Source: Alphaproteobacteria bacterium (GTDB lineage: Bacteria; Pseudomonadota; Alphaproteobacteria; UBA8366; CAVOAK01). From it: a DNA stretch of 64,000 nt. The stretch's first letter is position 1. Each line of letters begins with the position of its first letter. The DNA lies in NCBI GenBank assembly GCA_963664465.2, contig CAXXSU010000008.1, positions 2,070-66,069 on the forward strand, given 5' to 3'. Shown here in pieces: positions 1 through 9,374 of the stretch. Below the pieces are notes generated by a model. The model ran no database searches. It was not told the origin of the DNA and saw only the letters and a list, made by a program, of their open reading frames with translations. The position numbers were made by a program, and so were the translations under genes.

Positions 1-1032
1 CTACCGGGAAAGCCTGCGCGACATCGAGACCTGCCTCTCGGTCCACGCATCGAAACTCTATCACATGGGCTTCCGCCAGCCGGTCCGGCGCTCGACGCTG
101 GCCGATGCCAACGAAAGGCGCGACTGGCGTATCCCATGCGGCGTTGGCCCAGCGGCTCATCACCCAGGCGAGGACGCTGTACGTCGACGAAGAACTGGGG
201 TTGGACCTGACCAATACCGTCTACGCCCTGGACTCGACGACCATCGCTCTGTGCCTGTCGGTCTTTCCGTGGGCGCACTTCCGCACCACCAAGGCGGCGG
301 TGAAGATGCACACGCTGCTCGACCTGCGGGGCAACATTCCGAGTTTTATCCACATCTCGGATGGCAAGCTGCACGACGTTCATGCCCTCGATATGCTCTT
401 GCCGGAAGCCGGAGCCCATCTACGCCGTGGATCGTGGCTACGTCGACTTTGCCCGCCTTTATGTGTTGCACCAAGCCGGGGCCTTCTTCGTCACGCGTGC
501 CAAGTCGAACATCGATGCTCATCGCGTCTATTCGGCGCCGACGGATCGCTCGACCGGCATCATTTGCGACCAGACCATCTCCCTGGACGGCTTCTACACC
601 CGTCAGGATTACCCCGAACTTCTGCGGCGCATCCGCTTCAGGACCCCGAGTCCGGCAAGACGCTGGTCTTCATCACCAACAACTTCTCGCTTCCGGCCGC
701 CACCATCTGCGCGCTCTACAAAAGCCGCTGGCAGGTGGAACTCTTCTTCAAGTGGATCAAGCAGCATCTTCGGATCAAGCAGTTCTACGGCACGTCGGAG
801 AACGCGGTGAAGACGCAGATCTGGATTGCCGTCTCGGTCTACGTCCTCGTCGCCATCGTCAAGAAGCGCCTCGACCTGGACGCCTCGCTCTACACTTTGT
901 TACAGATCCTCTCGGTGACCCTCTTCGAGAAAATGCCCATACATCAAGCACTTGCGGGAGACGAAAACAGATGCAACGCTTCGCAAATAACCAACCAATT
1001 GAATTTATTCGATTTTTAACCGGACACTAGTG
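1..1032 (+). mobile_element. IS4-family insertion sequence, right-hand portion (left end lies outside the window); transposase frame broken by at least 3 frameshifts
   Basis: Transposase-like translation starts at base 2 (YRESLRDIETCL..FRQPVRRSTLADANERRDWRI). It continues in the frame of ORF 105 (HAALAQRLITQARTLYVDEELGLDL..LLPEAGA), then the frame of ORF 361 (IYAVDRGYVDFARLYVLHQAGAFFVTRAKSNI..ELLRRIRF). It returns to the frame of ORF 105 (DPESGKTLVFITNNF..YKSRWQVELFFKWIKQHLRIKQFYGTSENAVKTQIW), with the stop at 1017-1019. The YKSRWQVELFFKWIK block is typical of IS4-family DDE transposases. The right end is placed only approximately. Confidence 0.8.
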
Positions 1033-1763
1033 TTCCCGAGGTTATGCTCGCCCGCGAAACGGAGATCCCTGTAGTGTCGGTCGCGGCGACGCTCCGGGTC
1101 ATCGTTTCCGGCCTGTTTTTCAACGGTGACCAGCCGATCAACTCGCCCGCCGATCTCAAGGGCATGACGTTGGGTGTCGGCCCCAAGATCGATGCGCAGG
1201 CTTACCTACGCTCGCTGCTCGAGCACGGAGGTCTGACCCTCGACGACGTCAAGGTCATCGATCCGGGCTTTGCTCATAACACGCTCATTGCCGACGGTAA
1301 GATCGATGCCTCGCACGGCCTGACCTATGCCGAAGGCATCGTCGCCGATGAAATCAATGAACAGTTAGGGAGGCCGCCGGCGCGCTGGCTCCTGTATCGG
1401 GATTACGGCGTGCCGTCGTTTTACTACCAGTTGCTCGTCGCCAACGAAAACTGGGCCAAGAACAATCCCGCCACGATCTGCCGATTCCTGAGGGCGACGA
1501 AGAAAGGAGCGCTCGACTACTTCAAGAACCCAGACCCGATCAACGCGCACATGTTCAAGGGCAACGAGATCTTCACTCTGGCCCAACACACAGCCATCTC
1601 GAGCGCCACGATGCCGGATTGGCAGGACGCCAACGGCAATTTCTTCGCCCAGGACGTAGAGATTTGGAAGCAGGCGCAGGATTGGGCGGTGGATAAGGGC
1701 GTTATCACGGTTCCGAGCGATCCGGCCGAGTATTTCACTAACGAGTACCTGCCGCAGAACTGA
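1033..1763 (+). pseudogene. NMT1/THI5-like (SsuA/TauA-type) ABC transporter substrate-binding protein, N-terminally truncated by the IS4-family element
   Basis: ORF 1044-1763 matches only the C-terminal two thirds of this SBP family (EVMLARETEIPVVSVAA..DLKGMTLGV..DYGVPSFYYQLLVANENW). There is no signal peptide or N-terminal lobe. The reading frame opens directly at the IS junction. Confidence 0.65.
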
Positions 1764-1804
1764 TCGCTTGGGCACCACGCCCGGAGGGGGGGGCGCTACA
1801 CACG

Positions 1805-1825
1805 GTGCGGGCCCCAGGCCCGCAC
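1805..1825 (+). terminator. GC-rich perfect hairpin downstream of the SBP remnant (possible terminator or REP-like element)
   Basis: gtgcgggcc-cca-ggcccgcac: a 9-bp perfect stem with a 3-nt loop, 42 nt after the stop at 1763. It has no U-tract, so the assignment is weak. Confidence 0.3.
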
Positions 1826-1881
1826 GTCACGCTCGATGGCGGCCCCTATGTAGCGCCAGCCCGAGAGCCGAAGGAACTGAC

Positions 1882-2206
1882 ATGTCGTTCGATGATATGC
1901 CGGATCGCGGCCTGCTGACGGAACCAGGCGCTCAGGATTTCGTCGACCGCGCGCTGGCGCGCTCGCGCAAAGTCGTGACCACGAGCGGACCCTTCTCGAT
2001 GTGCCGTACGGCAAAGACTACTATCAAAAGATCGACATCTTCCTGCCCGCCGACAAGGGCTTGAACGCTGTGCCCGTGCTGCTGTTCATCCACGGCGGCG
2101 GCTGGCAACACGGCTTTAAGGAGTGGATGGGATTCATCGCACCGGCGTTCCTTGATCTGCCGGCGATTTTTGTCGCGGTGAACCATCGACTCGCTCCGGA
2201 GCATAA
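1882..2206 (+). pseudogene. alpha/beta hydrolase (esterase/arylformamidase-like) N-terminal remnant; internally frameshifted and cut off by IS insertion
   Basis: ATG 1882 has an aagga SD (MSFDDMPDRGLL..). After a frame change near 1960-1990 the translation reads DVPYGKDYYQKIDIFLPAD..PVLLFIHGGGWQHG..VNHRLAPEH. That is the HGGGW oxyanion-hole region of the family. Homology ends exactly where the IS inverted repeat begins (2207), and the catalytic Ser/Asp/His part is absent. Confidence 0.6.
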
Positions 2207-3675
2207 CAGCCCGTTGACGAAGTCTTCCCTGGACGAAGTCGGCATGGTCTGATTCTCTGGTGTCCTGGCCTGAAGGGGGGTTCGCTGATGGCGATGGGAC
2301 AGCAGAAGGATCGTCAGGGGACTTGATGGTGAGCTGGTCGGAGATGCCGCGCTCGCCAGGTCATGTATTTTACGACCGCCTGCAGTTGGTACTGATCGAG
2401 GGCGGCTTCGACGGCTTCGCCGAGGCGGTCTGCCAGCCCTATTACGCGGCCAGGATGGGGGCGCCTTCGGTGCCACCCGGGCGCTACTTCCGTATGCACC
2501 TGGTGGGCTACTTCGAGGGTATCGACTCTGAGCGTGGGCTGGAGTGGCGCTGCTCGGATCCCTGTCGCTACGGGAGTTCCTGCTGTTGGAGATGCGGGAA
2601 CGGGTGCCGGACCATTCCTGGCTGTCACGGACCCGCGCGCGCCTGCCCCATGAAGTCCACACGGCGGTGTTTGACTGGGTCCTGGCGCTGATCGCCGAGG
2701 CGGGTCTGGTGAAGGGCGAGCGCATCGGGGTGGATGCCTCGACCATGGAGGCCAACGCGGCGCTGCGCAACATCGTGCGGAGGGACACGGGCGAGGGTTA
2801 CCGGGGGATGCTGGAGCGCTTGGCCCAGGAGAGCGGTATTCGAGACACCCACGGCTGAGGACCTGGCGCGTCTGGACCGCAAGCGCAAGGGCAAGAAGCT
2901 CTCGAACCAGGACTGGGTTTCCAGGAGCGACCCCGAGGCCAAGATCGCCAAGATGAAGGACGGCACCACGCACCTGGCCTACAAGCCCGAGCACGCGGTG
3001 GATCTGGACACCGGCGCGGTGGTGGCGGCGGAGCTGCACCCGGCCGACGAGGGCGATACGACAACGCTTCCCAAGACCCTGGCGGCGGCCGAGGCAAACC
3101 TCGAGGCGGTGGATGTGGCGCCGACGGCCGAAGATCCGGCCGAATGTGTGACCGATAAGGGCTCCCACTCACGGTTGGTCTTGAAGGCGCTCGACGACGG
3201 CCCCTGGAAGAGCCGGATCTCCGAGCCCAAGCAGAAGGGTTTTGCGCGCTGGCACGGAGATGATGCGGCTCGCCGGGCGGTCACCAACAACCGGACCCGG
3301 CTGTTATCGGGGTGGCCAGGGAAGCCTTCAAGCTGCGCGCCGAGATCGTCGAGCGCTCCTTTGCCCACAACCTCGATCGCGGCGGTATGCGCCGGACCTG
3401 GCTTCGGGGCCGCGAGAACGTGCACAAGCGATACCTGCTTCACGTCGCCGGCCACAACCTATCGTTGCTGATGCGCCAACTCATCGGCGCCGGCACCCCG
3501 AAGGAGGCCGTGGCGGGCGGAATTGGCGCCTTGTTTCGTGCTTGTTACGCCCGCTGGAGCCGTCCTGGTCGTTCAGATCGTCCTCATCGTCTCGGAGGAT
3601 GGCGAAACCGCCTTCGCCGCGATATGCTTCGCCGTGGCGTGAAACCCGGTCAATGACGCCTTTTTCAACGGGCTG
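2207..3675 (+). mobile_element. IS5/IS1182-type insertion sequence, degenerate (transposase with 4 frameshifts)
   Basis: Terminal inverted repeats cagcccgttgacgaag (2207-2222) and the reverse complement of 3660-3675, cagcccgttgaaaaag, match 14/16. The transposase is readable across 5 frame segments: MAMGQQKDRQG (ATG 2288) / DLMVSWSEMPRSPGHVFYDRL..LEWRCSD / SLSLREFL..GVDASTMEANAALRNIVRRDTGEGY / TPTAEDLARLDRKRKGKKLS..KPEHAVDLDTGAVVAAELHPADEGD / VAREAFKLRAEIVERSFAH..LLHVAGHNLSLLMRQLIG. Frame breaks lie near 2318 (G4 run), 2560, 2835 and 3310 (G run). Confidence 0.75.
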
Positions 3676-3724
3676 CTAAGGTGTGATCGATGGCCGAATT
3701 GCGCCGTCAAGCGGAGCAGTGCAT

Positions 3725-4154
3725 ATGGAACAACGACTGAATGTGATCACCTTGGGCGTCAGCGACGTTGGCGGCCAGCACGGCGTTTTATGAACGTCTC
3801 GGCTGGTCACCTTCCAAATCGGCCAGCAATGAGCGAATCACATTCTTTCAAATGGGAGGCGCGGTCCTTGCACTTTATGGGCGCGACGAATTGGCCGAGG
3901 ACGCGATGGTTACCAACTGGCCTGGAGGCTTCGGAGGAGTGACGCTCGCGCACAATGTGCATTCCCGCGAAGACGTGGATACCGCGCTTGCAGAAGCCAA
4001 AAAAGCGGGCGCACGCATCCTCAAAACGGCGCAAGATGTCTTCTGGGGTGTTTATTCAGGATATTTTGCGGATCCCGACGGGCATCCGTGGGAGGTTGTC
4101 TGGAATCCCTATTCGACGTTCGGCAAGAATGGAAGCCTGCAACTCGATGCCTGA
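3725..4154 (+). pseudogene. VOC (glyoxalase/bleomycin-resistance/dioxygenase) family protein with an apparent 1-nt insertion after codon 14
   Basis: ATG 3725 gives MEQRLNVITLGVSD and then runs into a stop. The +1 frame from TTG 3768 gives LAASTAFYERLGW..FFQMGGAVLALY..DPDGHPWEVVWNP. Deleting g3767 would restore the family-typical ITLGVSDLAASTAFYERLGW first strand. Confidence 0.6.
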
Positions 4155-4332
4155 ACCCGAAGCGCATAGTCACTGAAGTTGGATTTCAAGTCCCGTCCTT
4201 CTATGCGTGCCATGCCATGCGTGCCACGTCTCAAGCCGCAAAATTACGAATACTCGCCCTCCCCCGATTTTGGCAAACTTTTACGCGGTAACTCTAGTAT
4301 CTGTTGTACGTAGGCTGTCTAAATAGACTGTC

Positions 4333-5626
4333 TATAGGGCACCTCTAAGAATTGGTGAGTTGCCGGAGGATATTGTTTAACTAGGCTGTCACCAGCTCCA
4401 GCCATGCCGGAGCCGAGATTTTCGGGGTCTTCCACGCTCCAATTGAGTTATTTCCGCTTCAAGACCGTCCCCAGGCGGTCTTCTCCTCCGAGTATCGTCA
4501 CACGGCCGCCGCGAGACGCTCCAGTTGGACCAGGCGGCGCATGTTGTAGGCGAGGTTCTTCAACCCGATCCGCGCCTTCGCCCGCACCAGCCCGACACTA
4601 CGCACCAGCGTCCCGCCCATGTCGTTGCTCTGGGCCCCGAAGACATGCTCGACGCGGACCCGAACCGACGAACGGGTCTTGTTGCCTTGCTTCTCGCGCT
4701 CGCTCAACGGCTTGTTGCGGCGGCCCTTGCGATGGATCCAGCTCCGCAACCCCTTCTCCTTCAGCGACGCCTCGATCTCCGCCGAGCGGTAAGCGCTGTC
4801 CGCCCACACACCCAAAGCCGTGTTGTCCCCATCCAGGATATCGTCGAGGACTTGGCTGTCGTGCTCCGCCGCGTCGCTTACATGATAGCGCCGCACCAGC
4901 TTGTGCCGACGGTCCACGTTGACATGGTTCTTGTAACCGTAATGGCTCTTGCCGTGCTTCTTGGTCCACCGCGCCTCGACATCCTTTTGGCGCCGCTTTG
5001 CCGGCTTGTCCTCCCAGCCTGCCGGCGTCTCGCCCGCCTTTATCCGCGCGTTCTCCTCGCGGCTGTTGCGCTGTTTGGGTACCGCCACAATCGAGGCGTC
5101 GATGATCTGGCCGCCCATCGCCAGATAGCCCTGATCCTTCAGGTAGCCATCGAACGTCTCGAATAAAGCCTCGATCACGCCAGCTTGCGTTAACTGTTCG
5201 CGGTACAGCCACACCGTCTTGGCGTCGGGAACCCGGCCCTCTAGACCCAACCCCAGAAATCGCATGAACGACAGGCGGTCACGGATCTGATGCTCAACTT
5301 GGTCGTCCGAGAGATTGTAGAGCGCGCACAGAATGATCGTCTTGAACATCACAATCGCATCCCACGGCTTGCGTCCCGCCCGCGATTTGCGCACCTTGTC
5401 CGCACGCCGCCACACCGCCTCAAGACGGGCGCGCAAGTCCTCCCACGGAACCACCCCGTCGATCTTCAAAAGCGGCTCGTTCTTGGCGTCAAGACCGGAA
5501 TACCGGTTCCCAAGATCGAAAAACCCCATCTGACCCATCAACCACGCCTCCCGCTATCAACAAATCGTCAACCCGATTCTAAATCGACGACGCCCGAAAA
5601 AGGAGAATTTTTAGAGGTTCCCTATA
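4333..5626 (-). mobile_element. IS5-family insertion sequence, apparently intact
   Basis: Inverted repeats tatagggcacctctaagaatt (4333-4353) and the reverse complement of 5606-5626, tatagggaacctctaaaaatt, match 19/21. They bracket one uninterrupted 347-aa transposase ORF. Because the flanks are TA-rich, the target duplication cannot be read unambiguously. Confidence 0.85.
4498..5541 (-). CDS. IS5-family DDE transposase
   Basis: 347-aa ORF with MGFFDLGNRYSGLD.., RLSFMRFLGL.., GQIIDASIVAVPKQRN, KKHGKSHYGYKNHVNVD and VWADSAYRS..VEHVFG motifs typical of IS5-group transposases. No frameshifts. Confidence 0.9.
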   Translation of the reverse strand: MMGQMGFFDLGNRYSGLDAKNEPLLKIDGVVPWEDLRARLEAVWRRADKVRKSRAGRKPWDAIVMFKTIILCALYNLSDDQVEHQIRDRLSFMRFLGLGLEGRVPDAKTVWLYREQLTQAGVIEALFETFDGYLKDQGYLAMGGQIIDASIVAVPKQRNSREENARIKAGETPAGWEDKPAKRRQKDVEARWTKKHGKSHYGYKNHVNVDRRHKLVRRYHVSDAAEHDSQVLDDILDGDNTALGVWADSAYRSAEIEASLKEKGLRSWIHRKGRRNKPLSEREKQGNKTRSSVRVRVEHVFGAQSNDMGGTLVRSVGLVRAKARIGLKNLAYNMRRLVQLERLAAAV

Positions 5627-5642
5627 AATGCGTTCTGGATTG

Positions 5643-6207
5643 ATGTCACAGACGCTGACCAGCCGGGAGGTGATCGAAAGAGCGGGAATTTCAAGGGCGA
5701 CGCTCAACAACTTCATAGCGCTCGGAATTTCACTGCGGCCCGAGAATAAGACCAACGCCGGGATCCGCGCGGTCGCGCCGAATTGGGCACTTCCCCGTAT
5801 CCGTCTTGGACGGCATAGAGCAGGTTAAAACCCTGAAAATGGAAGGTCTGACCATGGATGACATCGTTCGTCGACTGGCGAGTTCCACTGCTGCAGATGT
5901 CACCACCGGCGATGTGCGAGGTGACCCGATAGATAAGAGTTCTGTCACGCTGGCGCAGGCTGGTGAGCGCGAGCGCTTAACGATCAATAAGGTCGATCAG
6001 CCTTGCTACATGGCGAACAACCAGTTTGAGGTGGAATGGTCCAATGAACTCGCACGGAGTGAACTATTTGGTTCACAGCAGGAAATATCCAAGGACATAC
6101 GGGATCGAAACGTTTTTAACCTATTCCTGCGGCAACCGGCGATCCGAGACGCCGATGATCGCGACGAGATCTTGCGGTTCCACATGGCTGCCGCGACATC
6201 GTCATAA
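5643..6207 (+). pseudogene. MerR-type HTH protein remnant (frameshifted, probably C-terminally truncated)
   Basis: MSQTLTSREVIERAGISRATLNNFIALGI is a MerR-like HTH. The frame changes near 5738-5745 and continues as RRIGHFPVSVLDGIEQVKTLKMEGLTMDDIVRRL..NNQFEVEWSNELA..ILRFHMAAA, then stops. No output or sensor domain follows. The IS5 end lies 17 nt upstream of the ATG. Confidence 0.45.
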
Positions 6208-6333
6208 GAGAGTTGCTAGGCAAGCACCGCCGCTCGATGCGGCAACCGTTTGTAAACACAAAGCGGCAGGGATTAGACGCAGGACACTACCGCTGGACCT
6301 GAAACCCAGGCCCAGCAGTAGTTACACGTTGTG

Positions 6334-6567
6334 CTAGGACATTCTCCGGCCCGTAAACAGCCAAAGAACGATGGCGACCGCAATAAGGCCTACGAGACCA
6401 TGTCCGCCAAACGAATTGACTATATCGACCAAGTTGACGACTACGTCGGGAAAGAACTCGCTTACGCCAAACAAAATCTGAATGACGATGGCCAATCCCA
6501 ATAGAACAAAACCAATTTCTATAAGATGGCGAATCCAACCCTTTAAGGCTTCCAGAACGTCAGGCAT
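6334..6567 (-). CDS. small hypothetical membrane protein (about 77 aa, two hydrophobic helices)
   Basis: ATG 6567 is preceded by an aaggggg SD. Translation: MPDVLEALKGWIRHLIEIGFVLLGLAIVIQILFG..GLVGLIAVAIVLWLFTGRR. It sits in a visibly AT-richer patch. No family recognised. Confidence 0.45.
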   Translation of the reverse strand: MPDVLEALKGWIRHLIEIGFVLLGLAIVIQILFGVSEFFPDVVVNLVDIVNSFGGHGLVGLIAVAIVLWLFTGRRMS

Positions 6568-6861
6568 TGTACCCCCTTGTTCGACCACATCCGGAAATTT
6601 CATAAATATAGTATTACAAATTACCAAAAACCCCAATACCTAGTATTTGGGACATGACTCTCCACAAATACCGCGTCGTGCCAACGGTCGCCCAAATGCC
6701 TGTTAGATTGTGCCTGCTAAATTGTAAAGGAGTCGCTTGGCCGTCACGCGCCCGATACTATGGCAGATAGGAATTCATTGACGACACGAAGCGGGCACTA
6801 ACCTGCGGAAAGGGAGAAAAATTGGCTAAAATCTCACGAAAAGACCGGGGCCGTTGGCGCC

Positions 6862-7866
6862 GTGATGGGCACGCTTATTGGTGATGCCTTGGGACTTGGC
6901 TGCCATTGGTATTATGACTATGAGGCAATGGTTGCCGATTACGGCGACTGGATTTCCGACTATACCGACCAGAAACCAGACCGCACCGACCGTTTCGCCA
7001 ATATCGCCAAGCATCGCCACGATATTGGGCTCAAAGCCGGCGACATTTCGCAGACCGCCCAGTTGATCGTTATGTTGATGGAGTCTGTGGCCGCGTGTGG
7101 CGGCTACGACGAGGAAGATTATACGGCCCGTTTCGACGTTTTCCTGGAGACAATCGACGGGACGGATCTGAGTGGCGGCTTCACCGACCGGGCCGAGCGG
7201 CAGCTCTGGAAAAACCGCAAACTTGGCATCCCCTGGGGGGAAGCCGGCAGCGTCACCGATACTTCGGAGGCTGCGCAACGTGCGATCGTCTTCGCAGCCC
7301 TGTGCGGCGACGACTATGAGACGATGGCGAAGCAAGCCTACAGCAACATCAAGCTGACGCATCGCGACCGTTACATCGCTGGTTATTCGCTCTCATACGC
7401 GCTCAGCGCCGGTTCGCTGATCAACGGCGTAGCGTTGAAGGACATTCGGCCGCAAATGATTGGTTTTGCAAACAACCCGAAAATCGAGCCGATGATCGCC
7501 TCTTGGGATATCAATCAGCAGATCCATAATGGCTCACCGGGCGCCGACTCCTCGATCAAAATCAGCCCAATAGACGCCTGTCGCCTCTTTGGTCCAAATT
7601 GCACCTTAGGCTTCTTGGCACCGGCCGCCTATTTCCTGACCTACCGCTTCCCCGACGATTTCGAGAAAGCAGTGCTTTACGCCATCAACGCCGGCGGCAA
7701 CCAAATGGCGCGCGCGGCGATGACCGGAGGCTTATCCGGAGCGATGGTCGGCATCCAGGGCATCCCAGAACGCTTCATCACCGGCCTCAACAATCATCAG
7801 CATCTGCTTGATCTGGCAGAGAAAATTGCTGATGGAACACCGGAGGTTTTGCGCAAAGCGAGCTGA
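6862..7866 (+). CDS. ADP-ribosylglycohydrolase family protein (DraG/ARH-like)
   Basis: GTLIGDALGLGCHWYY.. N-terminal metal-site motif and a C-terminal INAGGNQMARAAMTGGLSGAMVGIQGIPERF motif. The apparent original start is TTG 6822 with a strong SD, separated from this frame by a 1-nt shift in a G4 run (see findings). Confidence 0.8.
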   Translation: MMGTLIGDALGLGCHWYYDYEAMVADYGDWISDYTDQKPDRTDRFANIAKHRHDIGLKAGDISQTAQLIVMLMESVAACGGYDEEDYTARFDVFLETIDGTDLSGGFTDRAERQLWKNRKLGIPWGEAGSVTDTSEAAQRAIVFAALCGDDYETMAKQAYSNIKLTHRDRYIAGYSLSYALSAGSLINGVALKDIRPQMIGFANNPKIEPMIASWDINQQIHNGSPGADSSIKISPIDACRLFGPNCTLGFLAPAAYFLTYRFPDDFEKAVLYAINAGGNQMARAAMTGGLSGAMVGIQGIPERFITGLNNHQHLLDLAEKIADGTPEVLRKAS

Positions 7867-7873
7867 ACGTCAC

Positions 7874-7895
7874 AAGGCTCGACACCCCGAGCCTT
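7874..7895. terminator. hairpin between convergent genes (possible bidirectional terminator)
   Basis: aaggctcg-acaccc-cgagcctt: an 8-bp stem with a 6-nt loop, between stop 7866 (+) and stop 7935 (-). No clear U-tract. Confidence 0.35.
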
Positions 7896-7934
7896 CCGGA
7901 TTTCCCGCTTGGCGGCCTGGTTCTGTCCTGCCCG

Positions 7935-9326
7935 CTACGCGGCCAACAGGGCGCGGACTTTGTCGCGGGCGCTTTTTGCGGCTTTAGCCGAACCCGCGCC
8001 TTCGAGCGCTTCGGCGTAGAGTTTCCAGCTGACAGAACTGTTCGGTTTGAGGGCAACGCGTTCGGCGAGCAGAGCGCGCGCCAGATTGTACTGTCCGCTC
8101 CTCACCGCCGATTGCAGTAGGGTCTGAACAAACACGTCGCGCTGGACATGACTGCCACCGATTTTTCTGATGTCGTAGCGAATCGGCAGCATTAGGTCGA
8201 CGACCCGCGAATGATCGCCCAATTTGTAAGCCACAAGGGCCTCGCAGATTGGCCTCCCAATCGTTGCGATCAGTTCCGATTCTGTCTCGTCATCCTGCGG
8301 TTTGATGTCACGCAACGCCGTCAGCATCCGCCCGGCCGAAGCGTCTCTGCCGTCGGCCACCAGTTCGAGAGCGGCGAAGCAATCGGCATATGCGAGAATA
8401 TGATCGTTCATGCGGTTTTCCGCGATATCTGCAAGCTCGTGCCAGCGATCGCCCACATCGATGCCATCGAACTCCAAGCGCCAAAGAACGGAGGCGGCAC
8501 TTGAGGTATCCCGGAAATCGTCCGATGTGTTGTCTGGACGGACGTTTGCATCAAGCGTTTCTAGACACTCGTCATAGCGCCCGAGCTCGATGCAGAAATT
8601 GCAGACGTGCCACCAAGCGTGAAAGCGGAAGTTATTGCAATGCGCCCAATGTTGCGCGCCGCTCTTAATCCAGTCGATACCCTCGGCGAGCCGCCCTTCC
8701 ATTTCGTGCACATGGGTCAGCGAGTGTATCGAATAGACGTCGTCCGGGTTTAAATCCGCAGCCTTCCTTGCCGCATCCTCGCCGGCGCGATAGTCACCGG
8801 TTTCCTGCAAACCGAAGGCGTAGATACCGAGAACCTGCCCGTAGAGCGGGTCGGCCTCGCTCCACACCGGCAAGACGCGGGCAGCTGAATCCCGCAGGCC
8901 TGTCGCGTCGCCGAGCATGAAATAGAAATAGTGCGCGAGCTTGAATGCCAGACCGTCACGCGGGTAATCGACAAGAATCTGCTCCCAGATGTCGATCGCG
9001 CGCAGAATTGCACCTGCCTCGAGTTGCTTAAGGGCCGATAAGTGCTTGCGTTCGCGCTCGCTGCCGCCGGACTCCTTGAGCGCCGCCTCGGTCGCCCGAA
9101 TGCTGTCCGGCGCAAGCGCCGCCATTTCACGCTTGGTCGCCAGCAGCCTCAGATAACCCTGCGCGCAGTGCGCCATCGGCATACCGGAGTCAGCTGCAAT
9201 TGCGGCCTCCACATGATCCATCGTGTCGCGCAGAAACCGGAAATAGCTGTTGATGGCGTCGTTGAATTGGCCGACCGCGTCGGCGTTTGCCGATGTAATC
9301 TGCAGCCCTAGACTATCCTCGTGCAT
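7935..9326 (-). CDS. TTC38-like tetratricopeptide repeat protein
   Basis: Family-typical blocks HCAQGYLRLL, YPRDGLAFKLAHYFYFMLGD, HSLTHVHEMEGR and NFRFHAWWHVCNFCIELG. Start placed at ATG 9326 (gagggaa SD); the ORF itself opens at 9341. Confidence 0.75.
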   Translation of the reverse strand: MHEDSLGLQITSANADAVGQFNDAINSYFRFLRDTMDHVEAAIAADSGMPMAHCAQGYLRLLATKREMAALAPDSIRATEAALKESGGSERERKHLSALKQLEAGAILRAIDIWEQILVDYPRDGLAFKLAHYFYFMLGDATGLRDSAARVLPVWSEADPLYGQVLGIYAFGLQETGDYRAGEDAARKAADLNPDDVYSIHSLTHVHEMEGRLAEGIDWIKSGAQHWAHCNNFRFHAWWHVCNFCIELGRYDECLETLDANVRPDNTSDDFRDTSSAASVLWRLEFDGIDVGDRWHELADIAENRMNDHILAYADCFAALELVADGRDASAGRMLTALRDIKPQDDETESELIATIGRPICEALVAYKLGDHSRVVDLMLPIRYDIRKIGGSHVQRDVFVQTLLQSAVRSGQYNLARALLAERVALKPNSSVSWKLYAEALEGAGSAKAAKSARDKVRALLAA

Positions 9327-9374
9327 GTTTCCCTCGCGCAAACCTGCAGTGACAAAGCGAGCCGCAAGCTCGGG

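Noticed and set aside
2024-3455. Several long minus-strand ORFs (254, 284, 158 aa) across the IS5/IS1182-type element.
   Set aside because: They are antisense to clearly recognisable transposase segments. They are Arg/Pro/Ala-rich low-complexity translations and show no family resemblance.
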